Assembly (NCBI RefSeq): GCF_000008465.1 | Contig: NC_006512.1 | Coordinates: forward strand, 30,001 to 62,000 | DNA length: 32,000 nucleotides | Origin: Idiomarina loihiensis L2TR | Lineage (GTDB): Bacteria; Pseudomonadota; Gammaproteobacteria; Enterobacterales; Alteromonadaceae | Direction of reading: 5' to 3' | Shown: positions 9,627 to 18,410 of the stretch, piece by piece | Layout: each line of letters opens with the position of its first letter | Numbering within the stretch: position 1 is the stretch's first letter | Made by a program: the position numbers and the translations under genes | Notes under the pieces: model-generated | What the model saw: the letters and a program-made list of their open reading frames with translations, nothing else | Told to the model about the DNA's origin: nothing | Database searches by the model: none

Positions 9627-10261
9627 AGCCATTTCTGCATATCCTGAACCTGCTCCATACACAGTGAATGTGGCATTGGGTAGGTCTGATACGTCACTGT
9701 AAAACCTTTCTCTTTTAATACCGCACAGGCTTTTTGTCCCAGAACTTCCGGGACTACCGGATCCTGCGTACCGTGCTGAACCAAAATAGGCAGTTGCGCG
9801 TTGGCTTCATTTACCTCAATGTCACCCGCGGTGGCAAAGTAAGTGGAATGCGCCATTAAACCCGCTAGTGGTTTCGGGTAAGTCAAAGCTGCTTCATAAC
9901 CTACGGCACCACCTTGTGAAAATCCGGCAATAATAATGCGCTTACTGTCTATGCCCTGAGCAACTTGTTCGTCGATCATGGCGTGCACTTTAGCGGCAGA
10001 TTCGCGTAGCTGTTGGCTGTCAATTTGGCGGTCGATGCTCATGTCGGTAATGTCATACCAGGCTGGCATGACCATGCCCTGGTTTATGGTAACTGGCATT
10101 TGCGGTGCATGAGGAAACAAAAAGCGAACCTGCGCGTTATTAATTTTTATGTGCTCTGTCATGGGCACAAAGTCGTTACCCGATGCACCTAAACCGTGAA
10201 GCCAAATAATAACCGCGTCGGCGTTACCCGCCGGCTCATGTTTAATAACTTCCAGAGACAT
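9611..10261 (-). CDS. Alpha/beta hydrolase, phospholipase/carboxylesterase family
   Basis: HGLGASGNDF, the nucleophile elbow GFSQGG, and later conserved D and H (HGTQDPVV, PMPHS) follow the carboxylesterase-2 pattern. The ATG shares 1 nt with the upstream gene's stop codon (TAATG). Confidence 0.85.
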   Translation of the reverse strand: MSLEVIKHEPAGNADAVIIWLHGLGASGNDFVPMTEHIKINNAQVRFLFPHAPQMPVTINQGMVMPAWYDITDMSIDRQIDSQQLRESAAKVHAMIDEQVAQGIDSKRIIIAGFSQGGAVGYEAALTYPKPLAGLMAHSTYFATAGDIEVNEANAQLPILVQHGTQDPVVPEVLGQKACAVLKEKGFTVTYQTYPMPHSLCMEQVQDMQKWLNERF

Positions 10262-11082
10262 TACTGATTCCCTATAGCTGCGGCCGGGTACGAACCCAGC
10301 CAGTGAATGTTGTTCATTTTAGCCAGCTCCTGCAAAGCGGCTGCTACACCTGGCTCGCTGAGGTGCCCGTCAAAATCAATAAAGAAATGATAGTCACCAA
10401 ACTGACTGCCCGCCGGTCTTGAAACAATGGAGGTTAAGTTAATTTGCTGTTTTGCAAAAACCTGTAAGCTGTCGACCAATAAGCCCGGGTGATCGTTGTC
10501 GTCAATGAGCAGCAAACTGCTTTTCCAATGCGTACTTTTATCAAATTCCGGCGTTTCAGATGTTGCGGATAATACCACGAAGCGCGTTTCGTTACGTGGG
10601 TTGTCAGCAATGTTGCTGTTCAGAATCTGTAATGAAGCGGGACAGTTTACGTGCTTGGGAACCACCGCCGCAGAGGGCTTTTCAGTGGCCAGCAAGGCAT
10701 CCAGCGACAATGCATTACTCGCGGTGTGTATAACCGGAAGCCCCAATTCATTCAGGCACTGATTGCATTGACCGGCTGCTACAAATTGTGCCCATATTTG
10801 CTGTGGCTGAGCACTATTGGCCAGGCACTGAAAACCAACCGGAATGCGAATTTCCGCCTGAATATGTAGTGGGCGCTGAACCAGGTAGTCCACAACAGGA
10901 GAGACAAAGCCCTCGGTTAAATTTTCAATAGGCACAACTGCAGCGTCGCAGTCATTACCAATTGCGTCCAGACAACTCACCAGGCTGTCCAGTAACTGAA
11001 TTTGGTGTTGCCTTTCGGGTTGATAAAGCCCTGCCGCAACCTCGGAAAAGGTGCCGGCAGGGCCCAGTGTCGCTATTCTCAT
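10261..11082 (-). CDS. Monofunctional prephenate dehydratase (PDT + ACT domains)
   Basis: MRIATLGPAGTFSE, PIENLTEG, NETRFVVL and the ACT-domain motifs (LTSIVSRP, YHFFIDFDGH) are present. There is no chorismate mutase domain. The ATG overlaps the S9 peptidase stop by 4 nt (ATGA). Confidence 0.85.
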   Translation of the reverse strand: MRIATLGPAGTFSEVAAGLYQPERQHQIQLLDSLVSCLDAIGNDCDAAVVPIENLTEGFVSPVVDYLVQRPLHIQAEIRIPVGFQCLANSAQPQQIWAQFVAAGQCNQCLNELGLPVIHTASNALSLDALLATEKPSAAVVPKHVNCPASLQILNSNIADNPRNETRFVVLSATSETPEFDKSTHWKSSLLLIDDNDHPGLLVDSLQVFAKQQINLTSIVSRPAGSQFGDYHFFIDFDGHLSEPGVAAALQELAKMNNIHWLGSYPAAAIGNQ

Positions 11083-13118
11083 TTCTTATACTGCTCAAAC
11101 CACGCCAGCGCGTGTTCAATTTTGGCTATCATATTAGAAGGGCGAGCCGTAACGCCGTGAAAAGCGCCTGGAACACGTACCATAGCGGTGTCGACTTTTT
11201 GCAGCTTCAACGCCTGATAGAACTGCTCGGTTTCCGATATTGGCGTACGGCGGTCTTCTTCACCAGTGAACAACAATACCGGTGTTTCAACGTCACCCAC
11301 CATAGACAGCGGGGAGCGTTGCCAGTAATGCTCCAATTCTTCCCATGGCATACCCGGGAACTGGTTAGTAATTTGACCAATAGAGCTGTCAGCGGTCAGT
11401 ACTTTACTGACCCAGTTAATCACCGGATTAGTGGCTGCCGCAGCATTGAAACGGTTAGTCAGGCCTACCGCATAAGCGGTTGCAATGCCCCCTGCAGAGC
11501 CGCCGGCAATAAATAGGTTGTTGGAGTCAGCAATACCCTTATCAATGAGCAAATCAATGCCGCTCATGTGATCGGCAAAGTCATAAGGTGATGAGTAGTT
11601 ACCGTCCAGCAGCATGGCAAAATCTTTACCGTAAGAGGTACTGCCGCGATGGTTTACATAAAGCACCACATAGCCTTCCGCTGCGTAACGCTGGTGTTCT
11701 GCGGCAAAATGCGGACCGTAAGACAGATGAGGGCCACCATGCACTTCTAACAGCAGAGGATACTCTTTGTTTTCATCGTAGTTTGGCGGCGTAATATACC
11801 AGCCATGAATTTCCTGACCGTCGTAGCGTGATTCATAGCGAATTTCGTGAACTTCCCCCAACTTACGGTGACCAAGCAGGTCTTCATTTAGCTGAGTAAA
11901 CTGAACCGCCTCGCCCCCTTGCGGCTGATAACCGACATCGGCGGGGCGATATTCGGAGCCTTTGGTGTAGGCAATTGCACCGGTCTGAGAGGCAGTGAAT
12001 GAGCCCATGGTATAAGGGCGGCTAACGTAAACACCGGAAACATCATCCACCCGATTCGTCAGCTCATTGCTCAAGGTGACATCAGCAACCACGGTTTTGC
12101 CCTGATCGGCGTAAGAAACCGCCAGTGAATCATTGCCTGTCCATTGTGGTGAGCTGAAAGAACGGTCGAAGTCAGCCTGTAGCTCGGCTTCCGAGCGCTC
12201 ACTCCAGTCCATGATCCACAATTGTGATTTATGGTAAGGCACCGGCTCGTTCGAGCTGTGTAAGTAAGCTAAATGTTCGCCGTTTGGTGAGAACTGTGGT
12301 GATGACTCGCGACCGGGTTTATCGGTCACCTGAGTCACTTCTTTTGAATCTAAGCTAACGTTGTATAAGTCGCTCTCATTGACCTGATAAGCCCAGTCTT
12401 CAGAGCGGTTACCAGAAAAAACAATATGCTTGTTATCGGCCGTCCAGGCTAAAGGACCACCGTGCCGATAAGGTCCGTCGGTTAGCTGACGTGCGCTACC
12501 GCCTTCTGCCGGTACGACAAAAATTTGTGTGTGCGCAGGCTCTAAAACGCCGGTGCCGTCGCGTTGATAATAGGCTTCCTGAACAATAATGGGAGAGTCA
12601 GACCACTTAGCGCCTTTAGGTTTTGTTGGCTTTTTCACACTTTTAGCAAAAGGCGTAGCTTCGGCTTTAACCGACAGAGTAAAAGCCAGTTGGGTGTCGT
12701 CGTTAGACCAGCTAATACTGCCCGGGCTTTCGCTTACGTGAGTGACTTTGGCGGTGCGTTGTTCTTTAATCCAGTGCACATGAATCTGGTTCTTTTCAGA
12801 ACGGTTAGAGGCAAAGGCAAGGCGAGTACCGTCATTCGACCAGGCGAGGCTGCCGTAGTTAAACTTATCGTCAAAAATTGGTAAATGTTGACCGGTTTCG
12901 GTATCAATTAGCCATAATGAGCGCCGGGTATTGTCTTTCATGTCGTCAAAACTGTTGCGGATGTACGCAATGTATTTGCCGTCGGGTGAAATACTGACCT
13001 GGTTGGCGTACTCAAGCTGGAAAATGTCGTCCGCCTGAAAGGTTTCTTGTGATAAGGCTGGAACGGAAGTAAAAAGTAACGCTAAGCTACCGACAATGAC
13101 AGATTGCTTTAACCACAT
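11079..13118 (-). CDS. Secreted S9-family serine peptidase (prolyl oligopeptidase / acylaminoacyl-peptidase type)
   Basis: A signal peptide is followed by an N-terminal beta-propeller with repeated SPDG/W-S-DG motifs. The C-terminal alpha/beta hydrolase domain has the nucleophile GGSAGG plus later D and H (EEDRRTP, GAFHGV). An SD (AGGAG) is present. Confidence 0.9.
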   Translation of the reverse strand: MWLKQSVIVGSLALLFTSVPALSQETFQADDIFQLEYANQVSISPDGKYIAYIRNSFDDMKDNTRRSLWLIDTETGQHLPIFDDKFNYGSLAWSNDGTRLAFASNRSEKNQIHVHWIKEQRTAKVTHVSESPGSISWSNDDTQLAFTLSVKAEATPFAKSVKKPTKPKGAKWSDSPIIVQEAYYQRDGTGVLEPAHTQIFVVPAEGGSARQLTDGPYRHGGPLAWTADNKHIVFSGNRSEDWAYQVNESDLYNVSLDSKEVTQVTDKPGRESSPQFSPNGEHLAYLHSSNEPVPYHKSQLWIMDWSERSEAELQADFDRSFSSPQWTGNDSLAVSYADQGKTVVADVTLSNELTNRVDDVSGVYVSRPYTMGSFTASQTGAIAYTKGSEYRPADVGYQPQGGEAVQFTQLNEDLLGHRKLGEVHEIRYESRYDGQEIHGWYITPPNYDENKEYPLLLEVHGGPHLSYGPHFAAEHQRYAAEGYVVLYVNHRGSTSYGKDFAMLLDGNYSSPYDFADHMSGIDLLIDKGIADSNNLFIAGGSAGGIATAYAVGLTNRFNAAAATNPVINWVSKVLTADSSIGQITNQFPGMPWEELEHYWQRSPLSMVGDVETPVLLFTGEEDRRTPISETEQFYQALKLQKVDTAMVRVPGAFHGVTARPSNMIAKIEHALAWFEQYKK

Positions 13119-13257
13119 TGTTATTCTCCTTTTGGGTTATGGCTTTACGTTACTCAAGCTTGCGGAGCGATGCAAAGAGTTCCGTTCAAGTTGTTGGAAA
13201 ATACGGTAAACTGAAGGCCTTTTGCAAAGGCTGGACGAAAATTAAAAAGGAAACCCC

Positions 13258-14349
13258 ATGCATTACCGCCAAACTCGCGCTGAGATTTCTTCCTCCGCTA
13301 TACAGCACAACGCTAAGTGGGTACGTCGTAAAATGGCGGGCGGAAAACTTCTGGGCGTGGTTAAAGCTGACGGTTACGGACACGGCGTCGTTCCCGCGGT
13401 TAATGCCTTGGAAGAGCTGGTTGATGGCATGGCTGCGGGCTTTATGGAAGAAGCGTTAGCGGTTCGGGAAACCGGTTACAAAGGGCCTTTGGTAATACTG
13501 GAAGGGTGTTTCTCAGCGACTGAACTGAACCTGTGTTGTGAACATCAGTTGAGTCCGGTGGTGCATTGTGAACAGCAACTTGAGTACATTGAGCAGGCAA
13601 AGTTGACTAGCCCTTTGTGGGTCTGGTTAAAAGTGGACACCGGTATGCACCGGCTAGGCTGGTCTGAAGAGCAGGCTCCGCAAGCATTAAAGCGCCTGCG
13701 TGCGAGCAAGAATGTCGCCGGTGTGACCTTAATGTCGCACTTAGCCAACGCCGATGCCGAGCATCGTTTAAACGCCCGTCAAAAACAGCAGTTCTGCCAG
13801 TTGTCGGAAACCCTTAAAGACTATCAGGCACGGAGCTTCCACAACTCAGCCGGACTTTTAAACCCGGATACTCAGTGGTCACTTCAGGATAATGACTGGG
13901 CCAGAGCGGGTTTACTGCTTTATGGTGTGAATCCGTCTACGGTGACTGAAGTGCAGGCAGAACTGAAGCCTGCAATGCGCTTAGTTGCTCCGGTTATTGC
14001 ATTGCACCAGCTGGAAAAAGGCGAGTCGGTAGGTTACGGCAGCGGCTGGAGTGCCGATAAACCCAGTGTTATAGCGACAGTTGCTATGGGTTACGCTGAC
14101 GGTTACCCAAGGCAGGCGGAAAATGGCACACCGGCAATGGTTCGTGGAAAGCGTGTGGGTTTGGCCGGACGAGTCTCTATGGACATGCTGACGATTGATG
14201 TTACCGGTATTGAAAATCTGCAGTTAGGCGATGATGTCGAGCTTTGGGGCCCTAATATTGACGTGCGAGAAGTCGCCGCCTGTGCTGATACTATTTCCTG
14301 GCACTTGCTGACCGGCGTTAGCGGCCGGGTTCCCAGAGTACTTGTATAG
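13258..14349 (+). CDS. alr: Alanine racemase
   Basis: RAEISSSAIQHN..., the PLP-lysine motif VVKADGYGHG, and the later ...VGYG..W... and AMGYADGYPR motifs are typical of Alr/DadX. Confidence 0.9.
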   Translation: MHYRQTRAEISSSAIQHNAKWVRRKMAGGKLLGVVKADGYGHGVVPAVNALEELVDGMAAGFMEEALAVRETGYKGPLVILEGCFSATELNLCCEHQLSPVVHCEQQLEYIEQAKLTSPLWVWLKVDTGMHRLGWSEEQAPQALKRLRASKNVAGVTLMSHLANADAEHRLNARQKQQFCQLSETLKDYQARSFHNSAGLLNPDTQWSLQDNDWARAGLLLYGVNPSTVTEVQAELKPAMRLVAPVIALHQLEKGESVGYGSGWSADKPSVIATVAMGYADGYPRQAENGTPAMVRGKRVGLAGRVSMDMLTIDVTGIENLQLGDDVELWGPNIDVREVAACADTISWHLLTGVSGRVPRVLV

Positions 14350-14364
14350 GTTTTTCGTTCATTA

Positions 14365-14390
14365 GCCATACAAAAAGTATGGCATTTATT
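14365..14390 (+). terminator. Probable terminator after alr
   Basis: GCCATAC-AAAAA-GTATGGC hairpin followed by the T-rich ATTTATT. Confidence 0.5.
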
Positions 14391-14423
14391 AGTATTTATC
14401 CTACAAGTTTTACATCGGCACCC

Positions 14424-14437
14424 CTGATCTTTGTCAA
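14424..14437 (+). promoter_or_regulatory. FNR/ANR-like half-palindrome upstream of the cytochrome bd operon
   Basis: CTGAT-CTTT-GTCAA matches the FNR/ANR consensus TTGAT-N4-ATCAA at 8 of 10 positions. It lies about 45 nt upstream of the cioA start. Confidence 0.25.
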
Positions 14438-14481
14438 CAAAAGCGTATACTTGAGACAAACCTTAATTAAGGGTGCTTGCT

Positions 14482-15870
14482 ATGTTTGAAAGTTTTGACG
14501 CACTGTTTTTAGCGCGCTTCCAGTTCGCGTTTACCATCGCGTTTCACATTATTTTTCCTGCCTTTACTATCGGGGTTGCTAGTTACCTGGCGGTTCTCGA
14601 AGGCCTGTACCTCAAAACCCGCAACCCGGTTTACCAGCAGCTGTTCCGTTACTGGGTGAAGATCTTCGCTGTGGCATTTGGTATGGGCGTGGTCTCCGGT
14701 ATTGTTATGAGCTACCAGTTCGGCACCAACTGGTCGGTATTTTCCGATAAAGCAGGCCCGGTTATCGGCCCGCTAATGGGTTACGAAGTACTCACTGCGT
14801 TCTTCCTTGAAGCCGGGTTCCTTGGCGTTATGCTGTTCGGTATGAACAAGGTAGGCGAGAAGTTACACTTCTTCGCTACCCTGATGGTCGCGGTGGGCAC
14901 GGCTATTTCAGCCTTCTGGATTTTATCGGTAAACAGCTGGATGCAGACGCCCGCCGGTTACGCTATGAATGACGTAGGGCAGTTCGTGGTCACCGACTGG
15001 TTTGAGGTGGTGTTTAACCCGTCCTTCCCTTATCGGCTGGCGCACATGCTGCTGGCAGCCTATCTCACCGTGGCCTTTGTGGTCGGCGCAGTGGGTGCTT
15101 GGCATTTGCTGAAAGACAAAACCAACGCCGCCGCCCGTAAAATGTTCTCCATGGCCATGTGGATGGCACTCATTGTGGCACCGCTGCAGGTTCTTGTTGG
15201 AGACTTCCACGGACTGAATACGCAGGAGCATCAACCCTCGAAAGTCGCGGCGATGGAAGGGCACTTCCATACCGAAGCCCGGGCACCGTTGTATTTATTC
15301 GGTATGCCGAATGAAGAAACCGCGGAAGTGGACTACGCCCTGAAAGTTCCGGGTCTTGCCAGCATCATTCTTAAGCATGACATCGACGCGGAAGTGACCG
15401 GCCTTGATCAGTATCCACGGGAAGACTGGCCGCCGGTGGTTACCGTATTCTGGGCTTTCCGGATAATGGTCGGCGTGGGCATGCTGATGGTACTTGCTGG
15501 ACTCTGGTCGGGCTTCCAACGCCTGCGCGGCAAACTGTATGACAACAAAACCTTGCTGCGTTTCAGTTTATTTATGGGACCTATGGGCTTTGTGGCGGTC
15601 ATTGCCGGCTGGATAGTCACCGAAGTGGGGCGTCAGCCTTGGGTGGTCTACGGCCTGCTGCGCACCGCCGATGCGGCATCGCCCATCGACAAAGCCGGTG
15701 TGGCGGGCAGCCTGATAGCCTTTATTGTGGTGTACTTCCTCGTTTTTGGTGCGGGTACCTTCTACATTCTGCGCAAAATGGCGGGGAACCCTGAACAGGT
15801 AGCCATTCCCGATTACGCGAAGCATAAGCCCACTATGGCCGCTGAGCGCATCTACGATGAGGAGGTGTAA
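14482..15870 (+). CDS. cioA: Cytochrome bd-type quinol oxidase subunit I (short Q-loop, CIO-like)
   Basis: LARFQFAFTIAFHIIFPAFTIG..., GY EVLTAFFLEAGFLG and the GRQPW motif (TEVGRQPWVVYGLLRT) are present. At about 462 aa it is shorter than E. coli CydA, consistent with the cyanide-insensitive short Q-loop class. Confidence 0.9.
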   Translation: MFESFDALFLARFQFAFTIAFHIIFPAFTIGVASYLAVLEGLYLKTRNPVYQQLFRYWVKIFAVAFGMGVVSGIVMSYQFGTNWSVFSDKAGPVIGPLMGYEVLTAFFLEAGFLGVMLFGMNKVGEKLHFFATLMVAVGTAISAFWILSVNSWMQTPAGYAMNDVGQFVVTDWFEVVFNPSFPYRLAHMLLAAYLTVAFVVGAVGAWHLLKDKTNAAARKMFSMAMWMALIVAPLQVLVGDFHGLNTQEHQPSKVAAMEGHFHTEARAPLYLFGMPNEETAEVDYALKVPGLASIILKHDIDAEVTGLDQYPREDWPPVVTVFWAFRIMVGVGMLMVLAGLWSGFQRLRGKLYDNKTLLRFSLFMGPMGFVAVIAGWIVTEVGRQPWVVYGLLRTADAASPIDKAGVAGSLIAFIVVYFLVFGAGTFYILRKMAGNPEQVAIPDYAKHKPTMAAERIYDEEV

Positions 15871-15873
15871 GCT

Positions 15874-16875
15874 ATGGATTACGCACTGATTTGGGCAATA
15901 TTAATTTCGGTCGCCGTATTTGCTTACGTCGCACTCGATGGCTTTGACCTGGGGATAGCGCTGCTGTTCCCCTGGTTCAAAAAAGAAGAAGACCGTGACG
16001 TGATGATGAACACCGTGGCGCCGGTCTGGGACGGTAACGAAACCTGGCTGGTGTTGGGCGGTGGTGGTCTGCTGGCGGTGTTCCCGCTGGCTTACTCGGT
16101 GCTGATGCCGGCGCTGTATATGCCTGTTATTGCCATGTTGCTGGGGCTTATTTTCCGCGGCGTGGCCTTTGAGTACCGTTTTAAAACCAAACGCGCCAAA
16201 GGTATCTGGGATTTATCCTTTATTACCGGCTCGCTGATAGCGGCAATGAGTCAGGGCATTATGCTGGGCGCTATGCTGCAGGGCATTCAGGTAACAGACC
16301 GCGCTTATTCCGGAGGCTGGTTCGACTGGCTGACGCCATTTACTATTTTCTGTGGTGTGGCGGTAGTTATTGGCTACATGATGCTGGGCGCGACCTGGCT
16401 GGTGATGAAAACCAGCGGCGATCTGCAGCGTCAAAGCTACCGTGCCGGCTGGTACACCACGATATTGCTGGTGGCCTGCATTGCGTTTGTGAGCCTTTAC
16501 TTACCTTATGTCGATATGTTTATTGCCGAGCGTTGGTTCACTTACCCGGCCTCTGTTGGCCTGTGGGCTTTGCCAATACTGCTGGCGGTGATGACCATTG
16601 GTTTGCTGCGTTCGCTGCATAGAAAACAGGAAGGACGGCCCTACCTTTGGGGTTTGGGTATGTTCCTGTTGGCTTACACCGGCTTTGCAGTCAGCATATT
16701 CCCGTATCTGGTGCCCCGCAGCATTACCCTGTGGGAAGCCGCCGCACCGGACAACAGCCTGAAGTTCTTACTCGTGGGTGCCGTGTTCCTGTTGCCGATA
16801 ATTTTCGCTTACACCGGTTATACCTACTGGGTGTTCCGCGGCAAGGTTGACCCTGACAGCGGATACCACGACTGA
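15874..16875 (+). CDS. cioB: Cytochrome bd-type quinol oxidase subunit II
   Basis: It starts 4 nt after cioA. YVALDGFDLGIALLFP..., WDGNETWLV and a polytopic membrane profile are typical of CydB/CioB. Confidence 0.9.
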   Translation: MDYALIWAILISVAVFAYVALDGFDLGIALLFPWFKKEEDRDVMMNTVAPVWDGNETWLVLGGGGLLAVFPLAYSVLMPALYMPVIAMLLGLIFRGVAFEYRFKTKRAKGIWDLSFITGSLIAAMSQGIMLGAMLQGIQVTDRAYSGGWFDWLTPFTIFCGVAVVIGYMMLGATWLVMKTSGDLQRQSYRAGWYTTILLVACIAFVSLYLPYVDMFIAERWFTYPASVGLWALPILLAVMTIGLLRSLHRKQEGRPYLWGLGMFLLAYTGFAVSIFPYLVPRSITLWEAAAPDNSLKFLLVGAVFLLPIIFAYTGYTYWVFRGKVDPDSGYHD

Positions 16876-16979
16876 TGAAGCCTGTATTTAAAAAGTGGCT
16901 GTGGTTTGTTGGCTTATGGTGTCTGGGCGTACTGGCGGTCACCTTAGTGGGTGGCCTTATCCGCTGGGCTTTATTGTAA
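16875..16979 (+). CDS. 34-aa single-TM protein of the bd oxidase operon (DUF2474 / CydX-analogue; not in the ORF track)
   Basis: The ATG overlaps the cioB stop (TGATG). The translation is MKPVFKKWLWFVGLWCLGVLAVTLVGGLIRWALL, a basic N-terminus followed by one TM helix. The stop TAA is at 16977-16979. Confidence 0.6.
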   Translation: MKPVFKKWLWFVGLWCLGVLAVTLVGGLIRWALL

Positions 16980-17024
16980 GCTTGCGCTAGGCTAAAGGCA
17001 GACTTGACGCCGGAGGCAACCAAA

Positions 17025-18383
17025 ATGAAATTGACTCACCTTCTGGCCGCAACTGTTGCGGCCTTATTTTTATCTGCGTGTAACAATGCAGAGCCCCAGA
17101 ACAATGAAACTCGTAGTGCTGATTATGTCATTAAAAACGTGACCCTTGTTGACTGGCTTAAGGGCGAGCCCAATGTTAGTGAGCAGCAGACGTTAGTGGT
17201 TAATGACGGATACATCAGCGGTGTGTTTGCGAACGCTGAAGCCCCTGCTTTTGACGACAATACGCAGGTCATTGATGCCGAAGGGAAATACGTTTTGCCA
17301 GGCATGGCAGAAATGCACGGTCATGTGCCGCCGGCAACAGACTTTGGTGACTTCCCCAAACGCTACGCCGACGACATGTTGTTTTTGTACGTTGCCAATG
17401 GTGTAACAACGGTGCGTGGCATGCTGGGTTATCCGCACCAGTTGCAGCTTAAGTCCGATATTGAGTCGGGCAAGCGCCAGGGTCCAACGTTGTATTTAGC
17501 TGGCCCCAGCTTCAGTGGCAATACCATTGAGTCGGTTGAGCAGGTGACGAAGCGGGTCATTGCACAACGCGATGAAGGGTGGGACTTACTGAAAGTGCAC
17601 CCCGGGTTAACCCTTGAAGAGTATGAGGCCATGGCAAGTACGGCTCGCCAGGCGGGCATGGACTTTGCCGGACATGTGCCGGCAGATGTCGGATTAAAAC
17701 GCGCCATGGAGGCAGGCCAGAGAACCATTGATCACCTGGACGGTTATCTCGCTTACGTTGATGCTATGAACAGAGAAATAACGCAGGATGAACTCGATTT
17801 GCTGGTTTCTATGACGCTGGAAAAAGACGTTGCGGTTGTGCCCACCCAGGCCTTATGGAAAACCCTGATAGGTGCGGCTGATCCCGACAAACTGAAAGAC
17901 TACCCGGAAATTCAGTTGGTACCAAAGGCGGTTCGTGAAGGCTGGCTAAACTATTACGATAACCCCAGCAGTTACTTTAATAAGGAACAGGCGCAAGTGC
18001 AGCAGGAAAATAGGCAAAAGCTGTTGCACGCCCTGCACGAAGGCGGCGCGGAAATCATTTTTGGAACCGACGCACCCCAGTTATTCAGTGTTCCGGGTTA
18101 CTCCATACACCACGAAATACAGCTGATGTCAGAAGCGGGTATACCTATGGCTGATATTCTGCGTTCCGCCACGGTAGCGGCAGGTGATTACTTTGCTGAT
18201 GAGGATACCTTTGGACGCATTGCTGCCGGGCACCGGGCTGACTTTATTTTGTTAAAGGATAATCCTCTGGAGAACGCCGATACCCTGCGTGAGAACCAAG
18301 GGGTTATGGTGCGCGGACAGTGGCTTAGTCGTGAAGCTATTGATAAAAAAGTTGAGGAAATTCGGGCGGCTTACGCTGACTAA
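17025..18383 (+). CDS. Amidohydrolase-family metallohydrolase, probable lipoprotein
   Basis: GGAGG SD then ATG at 17025. It has a lipobox signal peptide (MKLTHLLAATVAALFLSAC) and metal-ligand motifs (MAEMHGHV, HLDGY, FGTDAP). The C-terminus (GRIAAGHRADFILL) is typical of amidohydrolase-1 proteins. Confidence 0.85.
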   Translation: MKLTHLLAATVAALFLSACNNAEPQNNETRSADYVIKNVTLVDWLKGEPNVSEQQTLVVNDGYISGVFANAEAPAFDDNTQVIDAEGKYVLPGMAEMHGHVPPATDFGDFPKRYADDMLFLYVANGVTTVRGMLGYPHQLQLKSDIESGKRQGPTLYLAGPSFSGNTIESVEQVTKRVIAQRDEGWDLLKVHPGLTLEEYEAMASTARQAGMDFAGHVPADVGLKRAMEAGQRTIDHLDGYLAYVDAMNREITQDELDLLVSMTLEKDVAVVPTQALWKTLIGAADPDKLKDYPEIQLVPKAVREGWLNYYDNPSSYFNKEQAQVQQENRQKLLHALHEGGAEIIFGTDAPQLFSVPGYSIHHEIQLMSEAGIPMADILRSATVAAGDYFADEDTFGRIAAGHRADFILLKDNPLENADTLRENQGVMVRGQWLSREAIDKKVEEIRAAYAD

Positions 18384-18410
18384 GGGCTATTGATAATAAG
18401 GAACCGATAA

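Noticed and set aside
10962-11516. 184-aa ORF on the + strand
   Set aside because: It is entirely antisense to the PDT and S9 peptidase genes, with an Arg/Cys-rich translation and no family resemblance.
13118-13459. 113-aa ORF on the + strand, and 13186-13383(-)
   Set aside because: They overlap the alr start and its upstream region out of frame. The alanine racemase frame has clear motifs and an SD, and these ORFs do not.
14103-17023. Antisense ORFs within alr and cioAB (14103-14459, 14923-15270, 15295-15825, 16213-16434, 16647-16850, 16724-17023)
   Set aside because: All lie inside or opposite strongly supported genes. They are typical GC-rich shadow ORFs.
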